Origin: an uncultured Gemmatimonadales bacterium
GTDB taxonomy: Bacteria > Gemmatimonadota > Gemmatimonadetes > Gemmatimonadales > Gemmatimonadaceae
Direction of reading: 5' to 3'
DNA length: 64,000 nucleotides
NCBI GenBank assembly: GCA_963850905.1
Contig: CAWKMU010000003.1
Span: 3,200,001-3,264,000, forward strand
Shown here: positions 31,534-40,806 of the stretch, one piece after another
How positions within the stretch are numbered: position 1 is the stretch's first letter
Layout: each line of letters starts with the position of its first letter
Notes under the pieces: model-generated
Databases searched by the model: none
Seen by the model: only the letters and a program-made list of their open reading frames with translations
What the model was told of the DNA's origin: nothing
Program-made: the position numbers and the translations under genes

Positions 31534-31553
31534 GGGCGACGCAGGGGTCGCCC
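31530..31553 (+). repeat. GTAG-family REP at the lpxC/fabZ junction
   Basis: GTAGGGGCGACGCAGGGGTCGCCC. Confidence 0.75.
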
Positions 31554-31574
31554 AATGCACGACAGGAGAGACGC

Positions 31575-32049
31575 ATGTCGGAGTCGCCCCGAGACTCGAA
31601 GCCTGCCCTCAAGTCGATGTTAAATATCGACGAGCTGATCAAGATGATCCCGCACCGATACCCGTTCTTACTCGTCGATCGGATCCTCGAGATCGAGGAA
31701 CGCAAGCGGATCGTCGGCTTGAAGAACGTCACGATCAACGAGCCATTTTTTCAGGGGCACTTTCCCGGGCACCCGATCATGCCAGGTGTGCTCGATCATC
31801 GAGGCTATGGCGCAGGTCGGCGGTGTGCTCCTCCTCGGCGCCGTCGACAATCACGAGAGCAAGGTCGTCTACTTCATGTCGCTCGACAACGTGAAGTTCC
31901 GCCGGCCAGTGCGGCCCGGCGACCAGCTGCGATTCGAGCTCGAGATAACGCAAATCCGCGGATCGGTGTGCAAGATGCGCGGCATCGCGCGAGTGGATGG
32001 CGACGTGGTGGCGGAGGCCGAGATGGCCGCAATCGTGCGCGACCGGTGA
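31575..32049 (+). CDS. fabZ: 3-hydroxyacyl-ACP dehydratase FabZ (one extra base near 31793)
   Basis: [36 protein letters not shown] / [19 protein letters not shown]. Confidence 0.93.
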
Positions 32050-32837
32050 CCGCCGCGGTGGAGACATTCATCCACCCGACCGCGATCATCAGCGCGGACG
32101 CGCAGATCGGAGACGGGGTTCGGATCGGCGCCTATGCCATCGTCGGGGAGCAATGCGTCCTCGCTGACGGGTGCGTGCTCGCGCCGCGCGCGACGCTCGA
32201 GCGCAACGTCACCCTCGCCCCGAACGTGCGCATCGGCATCGGGTCGGTGATCGGGGGCGACCCACAGGATCTCAAGTTCGGTGGGGAAGAGACCTTCGTC
32301 GAGATCGGCGAGGGCACGGTCGTGCGCGAGTACGCCACGATCAACCGCGGCACGGCAGAGTCGCACCGGACGACCGTCGGGCGCAACTGCCTCATCATGT
32401 CCTACGTGCATCTCGCTCACGACTGCCACGTCGCCGACAACGTCATCATCAGCAACGGCTCGCAGTTCGCCGGGCACGTCACGGTCGAGCACCACGCGAA
32501 CGTCTCCGGCCTCTGTGTCATTCATCAGTTCTCGACGATCGGGCAATACAGCTTCATCGGTGGCGGGTCGCGGGTCCCGCAAAGCGTGCCACCATTCGTG
32601 ATGGCGGTCGGCAGCCCGATGAAGCTCTATGGCCTCAATAAGGTGGGGCTGGCGCGGAACGGATTCCCCCCGCCGGTCGTGCAAGAGCTCAAGCGCGCGT
32701 ATCGGCTCCTGTTCATGTCGGGACTCAAGATGTCGGATGCCATCGAGCGCGCGACGACTGAGCTAGAGCAACATCCCGAAGTGCAGACCTTGATCGAGTT
32801 CATGAAAGAGGCCGGTCGGCGCGGGATCAGCTTTTGA
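32046..32837 (+). CDS. lpxA: Acyl-ACP--UDP-GlcNAc O-acyltransferase LpxA
   Basis: [49 protein letters not shown]. Confidence 0.95.
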   Translation: MTAAVETFIHPTAIISADAQIGDGVRIGAYAIVGEQCVLADGCVLAPRATLERNVTLAPNVRIGIGSVIGGDPQDLKFGGEETFVEIGEGTVVREYATINRGTAESHRTTVGRNCLIMSYVHLAHDCHVADNVIISNGSQFAGHVTVEHHANVSGLCVIHQFSTIGQYSFIGGGSRVPQSVPPFVMAVGSPMKLYGLNKVGLARNGFPPPVVQELKRAYRLLFMSGLKMSDAIERATTELEQHPEVQTLIEFMKEAGRRGISF

Positions 32838-33853
32838 CCCCTGGGAACGGCTCGTCCCCGCGGCACCCGAGCGCGCCGCGCATCGGCGTCGTTGGGGCGG
32901 GCGCGTTGGGGTACCACCACATTCGGTTGCTGCGCGACCTCCCGCGCGTTCGGTTCGCCGGCTTCTTCGAGGCGCGCCCTGATCGGGCGAAAGCCGTGGC
33001 TTCCGAGCTCCGCGTGGAGGCGGCCGCGTCGCTCGAGGAGCTGTTGGGCCGCGTCGATGCGGTCACAGTGGTTGTGCCGACGCAAGCGCACGCAGAAGTC
33101 GCCACCACGGCGCTCGCGCGCGGCGTGCACGTGCTCATTGAGAAGCCGCTGGCAGCGACCCTCGAGGAAGCCAATGCGATCGTCGCCGCCGCACACGCCA
33201 GCGGTGCCCTGGTGCAGACCGGGCATGTCGAGCGCTTCAATCGAGCGATTCGGGCGGCGGCGCCATATATCGATGGTCCGCTGTTCATCGAGAGCGACCG
33301 GTTGGCGCCGTTCACATCACGCGGCGCAGACGTCGCGGTGGTGCTCGATCTCATGATTCACGACATCGATCTGGTGCACACGCTCGTCCGCGACCGCGTC
33401 CTCGATGTCGCCGCGATCGGCGTGCCGCTGCTCACCCGCTCGATCGACATCGCCAACGCGCGCCTCACCTTTGCCGGCGGCGCCGTCGCCAACATTACGG
33501 CGAGTCGCGTGTCGAAGGAGCGTTTGCGAAAGATTCGCATCTTTCAGCCCAGTGCGTATTTCTCCCTGGATCTCGCCGATGGCTCCGGCGAGCTGTACCG
33601 GCTCCGCTCTGACGTGAATCTCGCGACGCTGGCCACCTCGGGGCGTCCAGTCGAGATCGACGCGTTCGTGGAACGCGTTCACCTCAAGGCGCCGGCCGAG
33701 GAGCCGCTCAAGCTCGAGCTCGAGGGCTTTGCGGCGGCTGTTCGTGGCGAACAGCCGGTCGCTGTCACCGGCGAAGAGGGGCGTGACGCCCTGGACATCG
33801 CGCTGCGGATCGTCAGCGAGATCGAGCGATCCGCGATGCGTGCGGCGCGCTGA
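32834..33853 (+). CDS. Gfo/Idh/MocA oxidoreductase (GnnA-like)
   Basis: [45 protein letters not shown]; lies between lpxA and lpxB. Confidence 0.88.
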   Translation: MTPGNGSSPRHPSAPRIGVVGAGALGYHHIRLLRDLPRVRFAGFFEARPDRAKAVASELRVEAAASLEELLGRVDAVTVVVPTQAHAEVATTALARGVHVLIEKPLAATLEEANAIVAAAHASGALVQTGHVERFNRAIRAAAPYIDGPLFIESDRLAPFTSRGADVAVVLDLMIHDIDLVHTLVRDRVLDVAAIGVPLLTRSIDIANARLTFAGGAVANITASRVSKERLRKIRIFQPSAYFSLDLADGSGELYRLRSDVNLATLATSGRPVEIDAFVERVHLKAPAEEPLKLELEGFAAAVRGEQPVAVTGEEGRDALDIALRIVSEIERSAMRAAR

Positions 33854-33875
33854 GGTGAACGATGCAGGGGGTATC

Positions 33876-33987
33876 GACGCTAGACCCTGAACGCTGGACG
33901 CTGGAGACCAACCTCGGGACTAGAAGCCGTGTACCTAGCTAACCCCGAGTTTTTTTGCCAGCGTCCAGCGTCTAGCGTCCAGCGTCT
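33876..33987. repeat. Palindromic element with (CTGGACG)n arms, family A copy 3
   Basis: GACGCTAGAC..ACGCTGGACGCTGGAGACC-AACCTCGGG..CCCGAG-T7-GCCAGCGTCCAGCGTCTAGCGTCCAGCGTCT. Confidence 0.85.
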
Positions 33988-33999
33988 GTTGTCCTGACT

Positions 34000-35160
34000 A
34001 TGACGACCGTCCTCCTCTCGGCCGGCGAAGCATCTGGCGATTTGCATGCGAGCGGCGTTGCGTCCGCCATCCACGCGCTCCGGCCACAGTGGCAGCTCGG
34101 CGGCGTCGGAGGCCCGCGCATGCAGGCGGCGGGGGTCGAGCTCACCGAGGACGTGGTCTCGCGCGCGGTGATGGGTTTCGTGGAAGTGGTGGTGCACCTG
34201 CCGCGACATTACGCGCTCTTGCGCCGACTCCGCGCGCGCCTGCGGAGCGGCGCGGTCGATCTCGTGATCTGCGTGGATTATCCAGGCTTCAACATGAAGC
34301 TCGCGGCAGCAGCGCACGACGCCGGCGTCCCGGTCCTGTACTACATCACGCCGCAGGTATGGGCGTGGGGCGCTCGCCGCCTTCCCGAGCTGGCGCGTAC
34401 AGTCACGCGAGCCGCAGTCATCCTGCCGTTCGAAGAGGCGTTGCTGCGCCAGCACGATATCGACGTCACATTCGTCGGGCATCCGTTACTGGATCGGGCG
34501 ATGGAGCTCCCCACCCGGATGGCCGCACGACGACACCTCGGGCTCGCTGAAACGGACCGGGTGCTCGCGCTGTTTCCCGGCAGTCGCGCCCAGGAGGTCG
34601 AGCGGCACCTCGACCCGTTCGTCGCAGCTGCGCAGGCCGTCGCGCGCCGCATCGACGGGCTGCGCGTCATCGTGGGGGAGGCGCCGGGCATCCGCATCGA
34701 TCCCGCCCGATGTCCGTATCCCGTGGTCGCGTCGTCGTCCTTTGCCATTCTCCGCGCGGCGGACGCGGCCTTGTGCAAGAGCGGGACGACCACCCTCGAG
34801 GCTGCGGTCGCCGAATGTCCCCTCGTGGTCGGGTATCGGACGAGTGCGTGGACCTACGCGTTGGCGCGGCGCGTCGTCAAAATTCCGCGCATCGCGCTCG
34901 TCAACGTCCTCGCAGGGCGTGCGCTCGCCCCCGAGTTCGTCCAGGACGCACTCGAGCCCCAGGCGGTCGCGGACGCGTTAGTGCCACTGCTCGATCCGTC
35001 GAGTCCGGCGCGCGCGGCGGCGATCGCCGGCCTTCGCGAGGTTCGGGCGCAGCTCGGGCAGCCCGGGGCCGCCGGGAGGGTAGCGGCGCTCGCAGTCGCA
35101 TTGGTCGACGCACATACGAAGACCGCGCGCTCGACGCCCGCCCGGACGCCGGGCGTATGA
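34000..35160 (+). CDS. lpxB: Lipid-A-disaccharide synthase LpxB
   Basis: AGEASGDLH, GVGGPRM, VDYPGFN, PQVWAW, ILPFEE, FVGHPL, FPGSR, KSGTTTLE. Confidence 0.96.
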   Translation: MTTVLLSAGEASGDLHASGVASAIHALRPQWQLGGVGGPRMQAAGVELTEDVVSRAVMGFVEVVVHLPRHYALLRRLRARLRSGAVDLVICVDYPGFNMKLAAAAHDAGVPVLYYITPQVWAWGARRLPELARTVTRAAVILPFEEALLRQHDIDVTFVGHPLLDRAMELPTRMAARRHLGLAETDRVLALFPGSRAQEVERHLDPFVAAAQAVARRIDGLRVIVGEAPGIRIDPARCPYPVVASSSFAILRAADAALCKSGTTTLEAAVAECPLVVGYRTSAWTYALARRVVKIPRIALVNVLAGRALAPEFVQDALEPQAVADALVPLLDPSSPARAAAIAGLREVRAQLGQPGAAGRVAALAVALVDAHTKTARSTPARTPGV

Positions 35161-35837
35161 CGTCGGTCAGCGGCGGCTCTGAGGCGCTGCCGAAAGCACT
35201 CGACTGGCGGTCGCGCGCCATCGTCCTCGCCGGCACGACCGTCCTGCGCGGTCTGGCTCCCACGCTGCGGGTCCGTCGCGTCACGCCAGACGGAGCCGTC
35301 GCCCCGGGACGGCTCGGCGACGGCCGACCACGCTTGTATGCGTTCTGGCACGCCCAGATGATTCCTGCTATGGTCGCGCATACCGGAAGCGGTATCGCGG
35401 TGCTGATCAGTGCGCATCGCGACGGCGAGTTGATCGCTCGCGTCGCGGCGCGATTCGGCATTGCCGCCATTCGTGGTTCGACCTCGCGGGGGGGCGCCGG
35501 CGCCCTCCGCGCGATCGAACGCGCGCTGGCTGATGGACAGTCCGTCGCAATCACCCCTGACGGTCCCCGCGGTCCGGCTGAAGTGTTTCAGCCCGGGACG
35601 CTGATCGCCGCCCAGCGGGTGGCCGTTCCGGTCGTGCTTGGCGCCATTGTGCCCACGCGGGCGTGGCGACTGAAGACCTGGGATCGCTTCATCGTCCCAA
35701 AGCCATTTGCGGAGCTCCAGGTCGCATATTCCGAGGAATTGAGTGTCAATGCCGAGACTCCGCGGCTGGCGGCACGCTGCGCGACTGAGTTTCAAGCGCG
35801 ACTCAAGACCCTCAATGACACGCTCCCCACAGGGTGA
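35157..35837 (+). CDS. DUF374 / LpxJ-like lysophospholipid acyltransferase-family protein
   Basis: AFWH, LISAHRDGELIA, IRGSTSRGG, ITPDGPRGP, WDRFIVPKPF. Confidence 0.88.
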   Translation: MTSVSGGSEALPKALDWRSRAIVLAGTTVLRGLAPTLRVRRVTPDGAVAPGRLGDGRPRLYAFWHAQMIPAMVAHTGSGIAVLISAHRDGELIARVAARFGIAAIRGSTSRGGAGALRAIERALADGQSVAITPDGPRGPAEVFQPGTLIAAQRVAVPVVLGAIVPTRAWRLKTWDRFIVPKPFAELQVAYSEELSVNAETPRLAARCATEFQARLKTLNDTLPTG

Positions 35838-35844
35838 TCGGCTG

Positions 35845-36882
35845 ATGGGAGCCTCGCACTTCGTCGAGCGTCTGTGGTTCGAGCAGTCGATGCGGGCCCG
35901 GCTGTCGCGCGTCGCCCTCGCCCCCGCAGCGGCGGCCTATGCGCTCGTTGCCGCCTCGCGGCGTAATCTGTACGATCGTCGCGTGCTCCCGACCCACATG
36001 CCGGCAATCCCGGCGATCAGTGTTGGGAACCTCACCGTTGGAGGCACGGGCAAGACCCCCGTGGCTGCGTGGATCGCTACCGCCCTTCGCGACCGCCACT
36101 GTCACCCGGGAATCGTGCTACGCGGCTACGCCGGTGGTGACGAAACGGCGGTACATCGGATATTGAATTCCGATGTGCCGGTCGTCGCCGATCCGGACCG
36201 CCTGGCCGGCATCGACGCCCTCGCGAAAGCGGGGTGCGATATCGCGATTCTCGATGACGCGTTCCAGCACCGCCGCGTGCGACGTGCCCTCGACGTGGTC
36301 TTGGTCAGTGCGGACGCGTGGCCTGACGTGCGCTGGCCCCTCCCGTCCGGGCCGTGGAGGGAGTCGCTGCACGCACTGCGTCGAGCCGATCTGATCCTCA
36401 TCACGCGCAAATCAGCGAGTTCGGCAATGGTGGACGCCGCGCGCGATGCCGTTCATCGTGCGGCCCCGCGTGTGGGCGACGCCGTCGTCGCACTGCGCCT
36501 CGATGAGTTACGGACGGTGGACGGCCGCACGAAGCCGCTGTCGACGCTCCGTGGTGTTCGAGTGTGCGCGGTTGCGGCAATTGGATGGCCAGCCGCGTTC
36601 TCGGCCCAGCTGCAGGCCGCCGGTGCGAGCGTCGATCCGGTGTTCTTTCGCGATCATCACAACTACTCGGCCGCCGATGTCGCCGCGATCACCCAGCGGG
36701 CATCCAGCGGCGCGACGATCGTATGCACGCTCAAGGATGCGGTCAAGTTGGCGGGGCAGTGGCCTCGCGAAGCCCCACCGATATGGTATGTTTCTCAGCG
36801 GCTTGAGCTGGAACGTGGCGCCGACGCGGTGTATGCCGCCCTCGACGCCGCGATTCGACTGAGGCCGCCATCATCCGCGTAG
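35845..36882 (+). CDS. lpxK: Tetraacyldisaccharide 4'-kinase LpxK
   Basis: SVGNLTVGGTGKTP, LRGY..GDE, ILDDAFQH, PSGPWRE, DHHNY, CTLKDAVKL. Confidence 0.95.
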   Translation: MGASHFVERLWFEQSMRARLSRVALAPAAAAYALVAASRRNLYDRRVLPTHMPAIPAISVGNLTVGGTGKTPVAAWIATALRDRHCHPGIVLRGYAGGDETAVHRILNSDVPVVADPDRLAGIDALAKAGCDIAILDDAFQHRRVRRALDVVLVSADAWPDVRWPLPSGPWRESLHALRRADLILITRKSASSAMVDAARDAVHRAAPRVGDAVVALRLDELRTVDGRTKPLSTLRGVRVCAVAAIGWPAAFSAQLQAAGASVDPVFFRDHHNYSAADVAAITQRASSGATIVCTLKDAVKLAGQWPREAPPIWYVSQRLELERGADAVYAALDAAIRLRPPSSA

Positions 36883-36945
36883 GACCCCTCACCCTCGACC
36901 CGTTTGCCAGTGCGGGCGCTGTACCCCCGCCGGCAGAGTTTCGCG

Positions 36946-38253
36946 ATGGCCACAGATCTGAGATTGCCGACCCACAAGATCGTTCGCCCCGATAAGGATC
37001 GCTTCCTCAACGAAGAGAACCCCTTCGAGGCCATGATGTCGCGGTTCGATCGAGCCGCGGAGCTACTCGATCTCGAGCCTGGCATTTACCGGGTGCTGCG
37101 GAATCCGGAAAAGCAAATCATTATCTCCATCCCGATTCAGCTCGACAGCGGCGACGTCGAGGTGTTCACCGGCTACCGGGTGTTGTACAACACGTCGCGC
37201 GGGCCTGCCAAGGGCGGGATCCGCTTCGACCTGCAGGTGACCCTGGAGGAGGTCAAGGCACTCGCGGCCTGGATGACCTGGAAGTGCGCCGTCGTCAACA
37301 TTCCGTTCGGCGGCTCCAAAGGCGGCGTCGTGTGCGATCCACTCAAGATGAGTGTGGGTGAGCTCGAGCGGCTGACGCGTCGCTACACCGCCGGGATCAT
37401 CAGCACCCTGGGTCCTGATTCCGATGTGCCGGCGCCCGACGTGAATACCAACGAGCGGGTCATGGCGTGGATCATGGACACGTACTCCATGCACGCGCGG
37501 CACACGGTCACCGCGGTGGTCACCGGCAAACCCATCGAGATGGGTGGCTCACTCGGTCGACGCGAGGCAACGGGCCGGGGATGCATGATCGTCACCAAGG
37601 AAGCGTTGAACTATCTGGGGATGCCCGTGCGCGGGGCGACGGTCGCAGTCCAGGGATTTGGCAACGTCGGTTCGATTGCAGCGGAGTTACTCCAGGCCGA
37701 GGGATGCAAGATCACGGCAATCGGGGATCGCTCCGGCGCCATCCACAACAAGGGCGGGATCGACATCGCCGAGGCGATTAAGCACGTCAAGGAGCACAGG
37801 TCGCTCGAGGGATTCCACAAGGGCGATGCGATCACCAACGACGAGCTCCTGACGCTGGAGGTCGACGTCTTGCTACCGGCGGCCCTCGAGAACGTCATTA
37901 CGAGCAAGAACGCGGGGAAGGTACGTGCGAAGGTGATCTGCGAGGGCGCGAACGGCCCCACCACGGCAGGCGCGGATGCGATTCTGGAAGAGAAGGGGAT
38001 CTTCGTCATTCCGGACATCCTGGCAAACGCCGGCGGCGTGACGGTGTCATACTTCGAATGGGTTCAAGATCGCGGCGGTTACTTCTGGTCCGAGGAGACG
38101 GTCAACGACCGGCTGCGCGACATCATGACGCGCAGCTTCCGCGACGTGCTGGGCCTCGCCCGACAGCACAAGGTCAACATGCGGACGGCCGCGTACATGC
38201 TCGCGATCAGTCGCGTATCGACCGTGCACAGACTCCGCGGGATCTACGCGTAG
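36946..38253 (+). CDS. gdhA: Glu/Leu/Phe/Val dehydrogenase (glutamate dehydrogenase)
   Basis: [65 protein letters not shown]. Confidence 0.95.
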   Translation: MATDLRLPTHKIVRPDKDRFLNEENPFEAMMSRFDRAAELLDLEPGIYRVLRNPEKQIIISIPIQLDSGDVEVFTGYRVLYNTSRGPAKGGIRFDLQVTLEEVKALAAWMTWKCAVVNIPFGGSKGGVVCDPLKMSVGELERLTRRYTAGIISTLGPDSDVPAPDVNTNERVMAWIMDTYSMHARHTVTAVVTGKPIEMGGSLGRREATGRGCMIVTKEALNYLGMPVRGATVAVQGFGNVGSIAAELLQAEGCKITAIGDRSGAIHNKGGIDIAEAIKHVKEHRSLEGFHKGDAITNDELLTLEVDVLLPAALENVITSKNAGKVRAKVICEGANGPTTAGADAILEEKGIFVIPDILANAGGVTVSYFEWVQDRGGYFWSEETVNDRLRDIMTRSFRDVLGLARQHKVNMRTAAYMLAISRVSTVHRLRGIYA

Positions 38254-38308
38254 CGGGGGTCGGCGCGGCATGTGGACCTGCCCGCCGGCCTGACATTGTC
38301 CAAACGCC

Positions 38309-38770
38309 GTGCGCTTCGTCATTGTCGCTGTGGGCCGGCCACGGGCCGCGGCGATCGCCGCGGCGATCGAGGAGTACGAGGCGCGGGCGGCCAGGTATTG
38401 GCCCCTCGAACGCAGTGAGGTTCGTGAGGTTGCAGCGCGGGCTGGTACGCAGGACCTGGTCCGCGCCAAGGAAGGCCAGCAGATCTTGGACCGAGTGGGC
38501 AAGATGCGACTCGTGCTCTGTGATCGCGACGGGACGCGGCGGTCGTCCGAGGAGTTCGCGCGATGGATGCAGGATACCCAGGAGCGGAGCCTTGACGTGG
38601 CGTTCGTCATCGGTGGGGCCTTCGGGGTCTCGGAGCCTGTCCGGTCGGCCGCCTGGGCGCAGCTGTCGCTGTCACCCTGGACTCTCCCACACGAGCTCGC
38701 GCGTCTCGTGCTCGCCGAGCAGCTATATCGGGCGGGTACCATCATGCGGGGCGAACCGTATCACAAATGA
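38309..38770 (+). CDS. rlmH: 23S rRNA m3Psi1915 methyltransferase RlmH
   Basis: FVIGGAFG, LSLSPWTLPHELARLVLAEQLYRA..GEPYHK. Confidence 0.95.
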   Translation: MRFVIVAVGRPRAAAIAAAIEEYEARAARYWPLERSEVREVAARAGTQDLVRAKEGQQILDRVGKMRLVLCDRDGTRRSSEEFARWMQDTQERSLDVAFVIGGAFGVSEPVRSAAWAQLSLSPWTLPHELARLVLAEQLYRAGTIMRGEPYHK

Positions 38771-38927
38771 GGGGCCGGACGCACGGTACCCGCGATCACG
38801 GGTTGCATGCTTCGCGTAGCAACTGGGGGTCCGCGAACCTATTGCGGACTCGACGGGTTTAGTTGGGTCATGACCGGCGCGACCGCCACGACATCGATGC
38901 TGCTTGGGTTAACGATGTCCTCGTCGT

Positions 38928-39005
38928 CCCCGGGCCCCGGACCCCGGGCCCCGGACCCCGGCGGTTCGTCGTTCCCGTCACCCGTCACCCGTTACCCGTT
39001 ACCCG
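38928..39005. repeat. Two adjacent heptamer tandem arrays (CCCCGGR)n and (CCCGTYA)n
   Basis: CCCCGGGCCCCGGACCCCGGGCCCCGGACCCCGG followed by CCCGTCACCCGTCACCCGTTACCCGTTACCCG. Confidence 0.8.
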
Positions 39006-39111
39006 GCAGTTCATGCTGTACCAGCTGTCGTCGCGGGTGTTGTCGCTGTTCTCTCCTTTCTCCCCTCTGCGGGTCTACGTTCTCGGGCGTTAAGCGCCCG
39101 CGCTGGGGCGC

Positions 39112-40806
39112 ATGAGCAGGCCGAGCCTCGAGCCCGAAGTGGTCCGCGCGATGACGGCAGTCGAGCGCGCCCGCATCCGGGCCCAGACGATCGTACGAAC
39201 AGAGCCCCTGGGCGGCGGACCCCTCACACGTGCGGCACTCGCGGGCACCACTCCCCCGGGTTGGTACCCCCCTCGTCCGCACACGCACCGCGAATGGCGA
39301 GAGCGCGCCCAAACCGTCAGAGAGCAGATGCGCGGCTCCCGATGGCTCGAAGAACTGTGGCCCGCCATCGAGCCAAGCGGAGCGGCGCGAGAGCGCCTGC
39401 AACGCGCGGCCGAGCAGGGCATCGTCGTGACGAGCGGTCAGCAGCCGGGACTGTTCGGCGGCCCGGTGTACACCTGGTCCAAGGCGATCGCAGTGCTCGC
39501 CCTGGCCGACACGCTGGAGCGCGTGTGCGGTGTGCCCGTGGCACCGCTCTTCTGGGCCGCAACGGACGATGCGGACTTCGCCGAGGCCAGTACGACCTGG
39601 ATTGCGGTGTCCGGAGGCGCGGAGCCAATTACCGCGGAGCCGATCGCGCGTGTCGGCACGGTGCTCGACGCCGCGCGCCTGGGTGACCTGTCGGTGCCAC
39701 TGGCTCGCCTCATTGGCGCGACCGGGTCCGCTCCGTTTGTGGGCGCGCTCGAGGCGGTCCGTGCCGCCTATGGAGCTCCGAGCGGGCTCGATGGCGCTGC
39801 GCTGCGAGAGGTCACGGCCGGCGGCGCCTTCGTCTCCCTGTTGCGCGGGTTGCTCGCTCCATTGGGTGTGAGCGTGCTGGACGCCGCGCACGATGCCGTG
39901 CGTCGCCGCGCATTCCCCACGCTGACCCGCGCGCTCGAGCGGAGCGAGGCGATCGCCCACGCGCTCGAGGAGCGTAGTGAAGCCATCGCACGCGCCGGCT
40001 TCACGCCGCAGGTCAGCAACGTCCGCGGGCTGTCGCTCGTGTTTGCGTGGAAAGCCCCGGACGGGAGCGCGGCCGACGGCGCCGGTCCTGCGGGTCCGAC
40101 CAAAGTGCGAGTGCCGGTCGCGCAAGCCCGCCAACTCGCGGCCACCGCAGTTCCGGGCGAGCTGACTCACAACGTGCTCCTCCGACCGATCGTCGAGCGG
40201 GCGCTGGTGCCGAGTGCGGCCTACCTCGGAGGACCGAGCGAGATCGCGTACTTCGCGCAGACCAGCGCGGTCGCCGACGTGCTGGATGTCCCGCAGCCGC
40301 TGATCCTGCCGCGATGGTCCTGCACGCTCATCGAGCCGTCCGCCACTGCGCTGCTTGCACGCTACGGGACGTCGCTCGAGGAGCTGCGCGACCCGCATGG
40401 ACCGGAGACACGCCTCGCGCGCGCCGCGCTCCCCGACACGCTGCGCGATGCCCTCGATGCCCTGGCGAGTGCCGTCGAGACGGAGACCAGGCGCGTCGCC
40501 GCCGCCGACCACGCTGGCCTCGTACCGGACGCCGTAGTCGAGGGCGCACGCGCGCATCTGTCACATCGCGTGAGTCGCCTGGAGCGGAGGTATCTCGCGG
40601 CGGCCAAGCGCGGCGCGCAAGCAGTCTTGCGCGATCTGGCCACGCTTCGGGGCGCGCTGTATCCCGAAGGCGAACGCCAGGAACGTGTGTTGAACTTCAT
40701 TCCGTTCCTCGCACGTGGCGGAATGGCGTTGCTCGAAGCAATGCAGGGCGAAGCGATGCGACACGCATCCGACCTCGCGGGGGGAGATCCATCGAAGCTC
40801 CCGTAA
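39112..40806 (+). CDS. bshC: Bacillithiol biosynthesis cysteine-adding enzyme BshC
   Basis: VVTSGQQPGLFGGPVYTWSKA, LFWAATDDADFAE, NVLLRPIVE..AYLGGPSEIAYFAQ, PEGERQERVLN. Confidence 0.9.
   Translation: MSRPSLEPEVVRAMTAVERARIRAQTIVRTEPLGGGPLTRAALAGTTPPGWYPPRPHTHREWRERAQTVREQMRGSRWLEELWPAIEPSGAARERLQRAAEQGIVVTSGQQPGLFGGPVYTWSKAIAVLALADTLERVCGVPVAPLFWAATDDADFAEASTTWIAVSGGAEPITAEPIARVGTVLDAARLGDLSVPLARLIGATGSAPFVGALEAVRAAYGAPSGLDGAALREVTAGGAFVSLLRGLLAPLGVSVLDAAHDAVRRRAFPTLTRALERSEAIAHALEERSEAIARAGFTPQVSNVRGLSLVFAWKAPDGSAADGAGPAGPTKVRVPVAQARQLAATAVPGELTHNVLLRPIVERALVPSAAYLGGPSEIAYFAQTSAVADVLDVPQPLILPRWSCTLIEPSATALLARYGTSLEELRDPHGPETRLARAALPDTLRDALDALASAVETETRRVAAADHAGLVPDAVVEGARAHLSHRVSRLERRYLAAAKRGAQAVLRDLATLRGALYPEGERQERVLNFIPFLARGGMALLEAMQGEAMRHASDLAGGDPSKLP

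Noticed and set aside
23436..32049. Pseudogenes or programmed frameshifting in clpC, bamA and lpx genes
   Set aside because: These genes are normally essential, there are no nonsense codons or slippery sites, and the insertion-only pattern fits sequencing error.
31113..32837. Apparent 574-aa FabZ-LpxA fusion ORF
   Set aside because: It is produced by the extra base in fabZ near 31793. FabZ ends at 32049 with a GTGA overlap to lpxA.
40047..40802. Long N-terminal extension of MurJ (794-aa ORF)
   Set aside because: An off-frame open stretch inside bshC with Arg-rich shadow composition.
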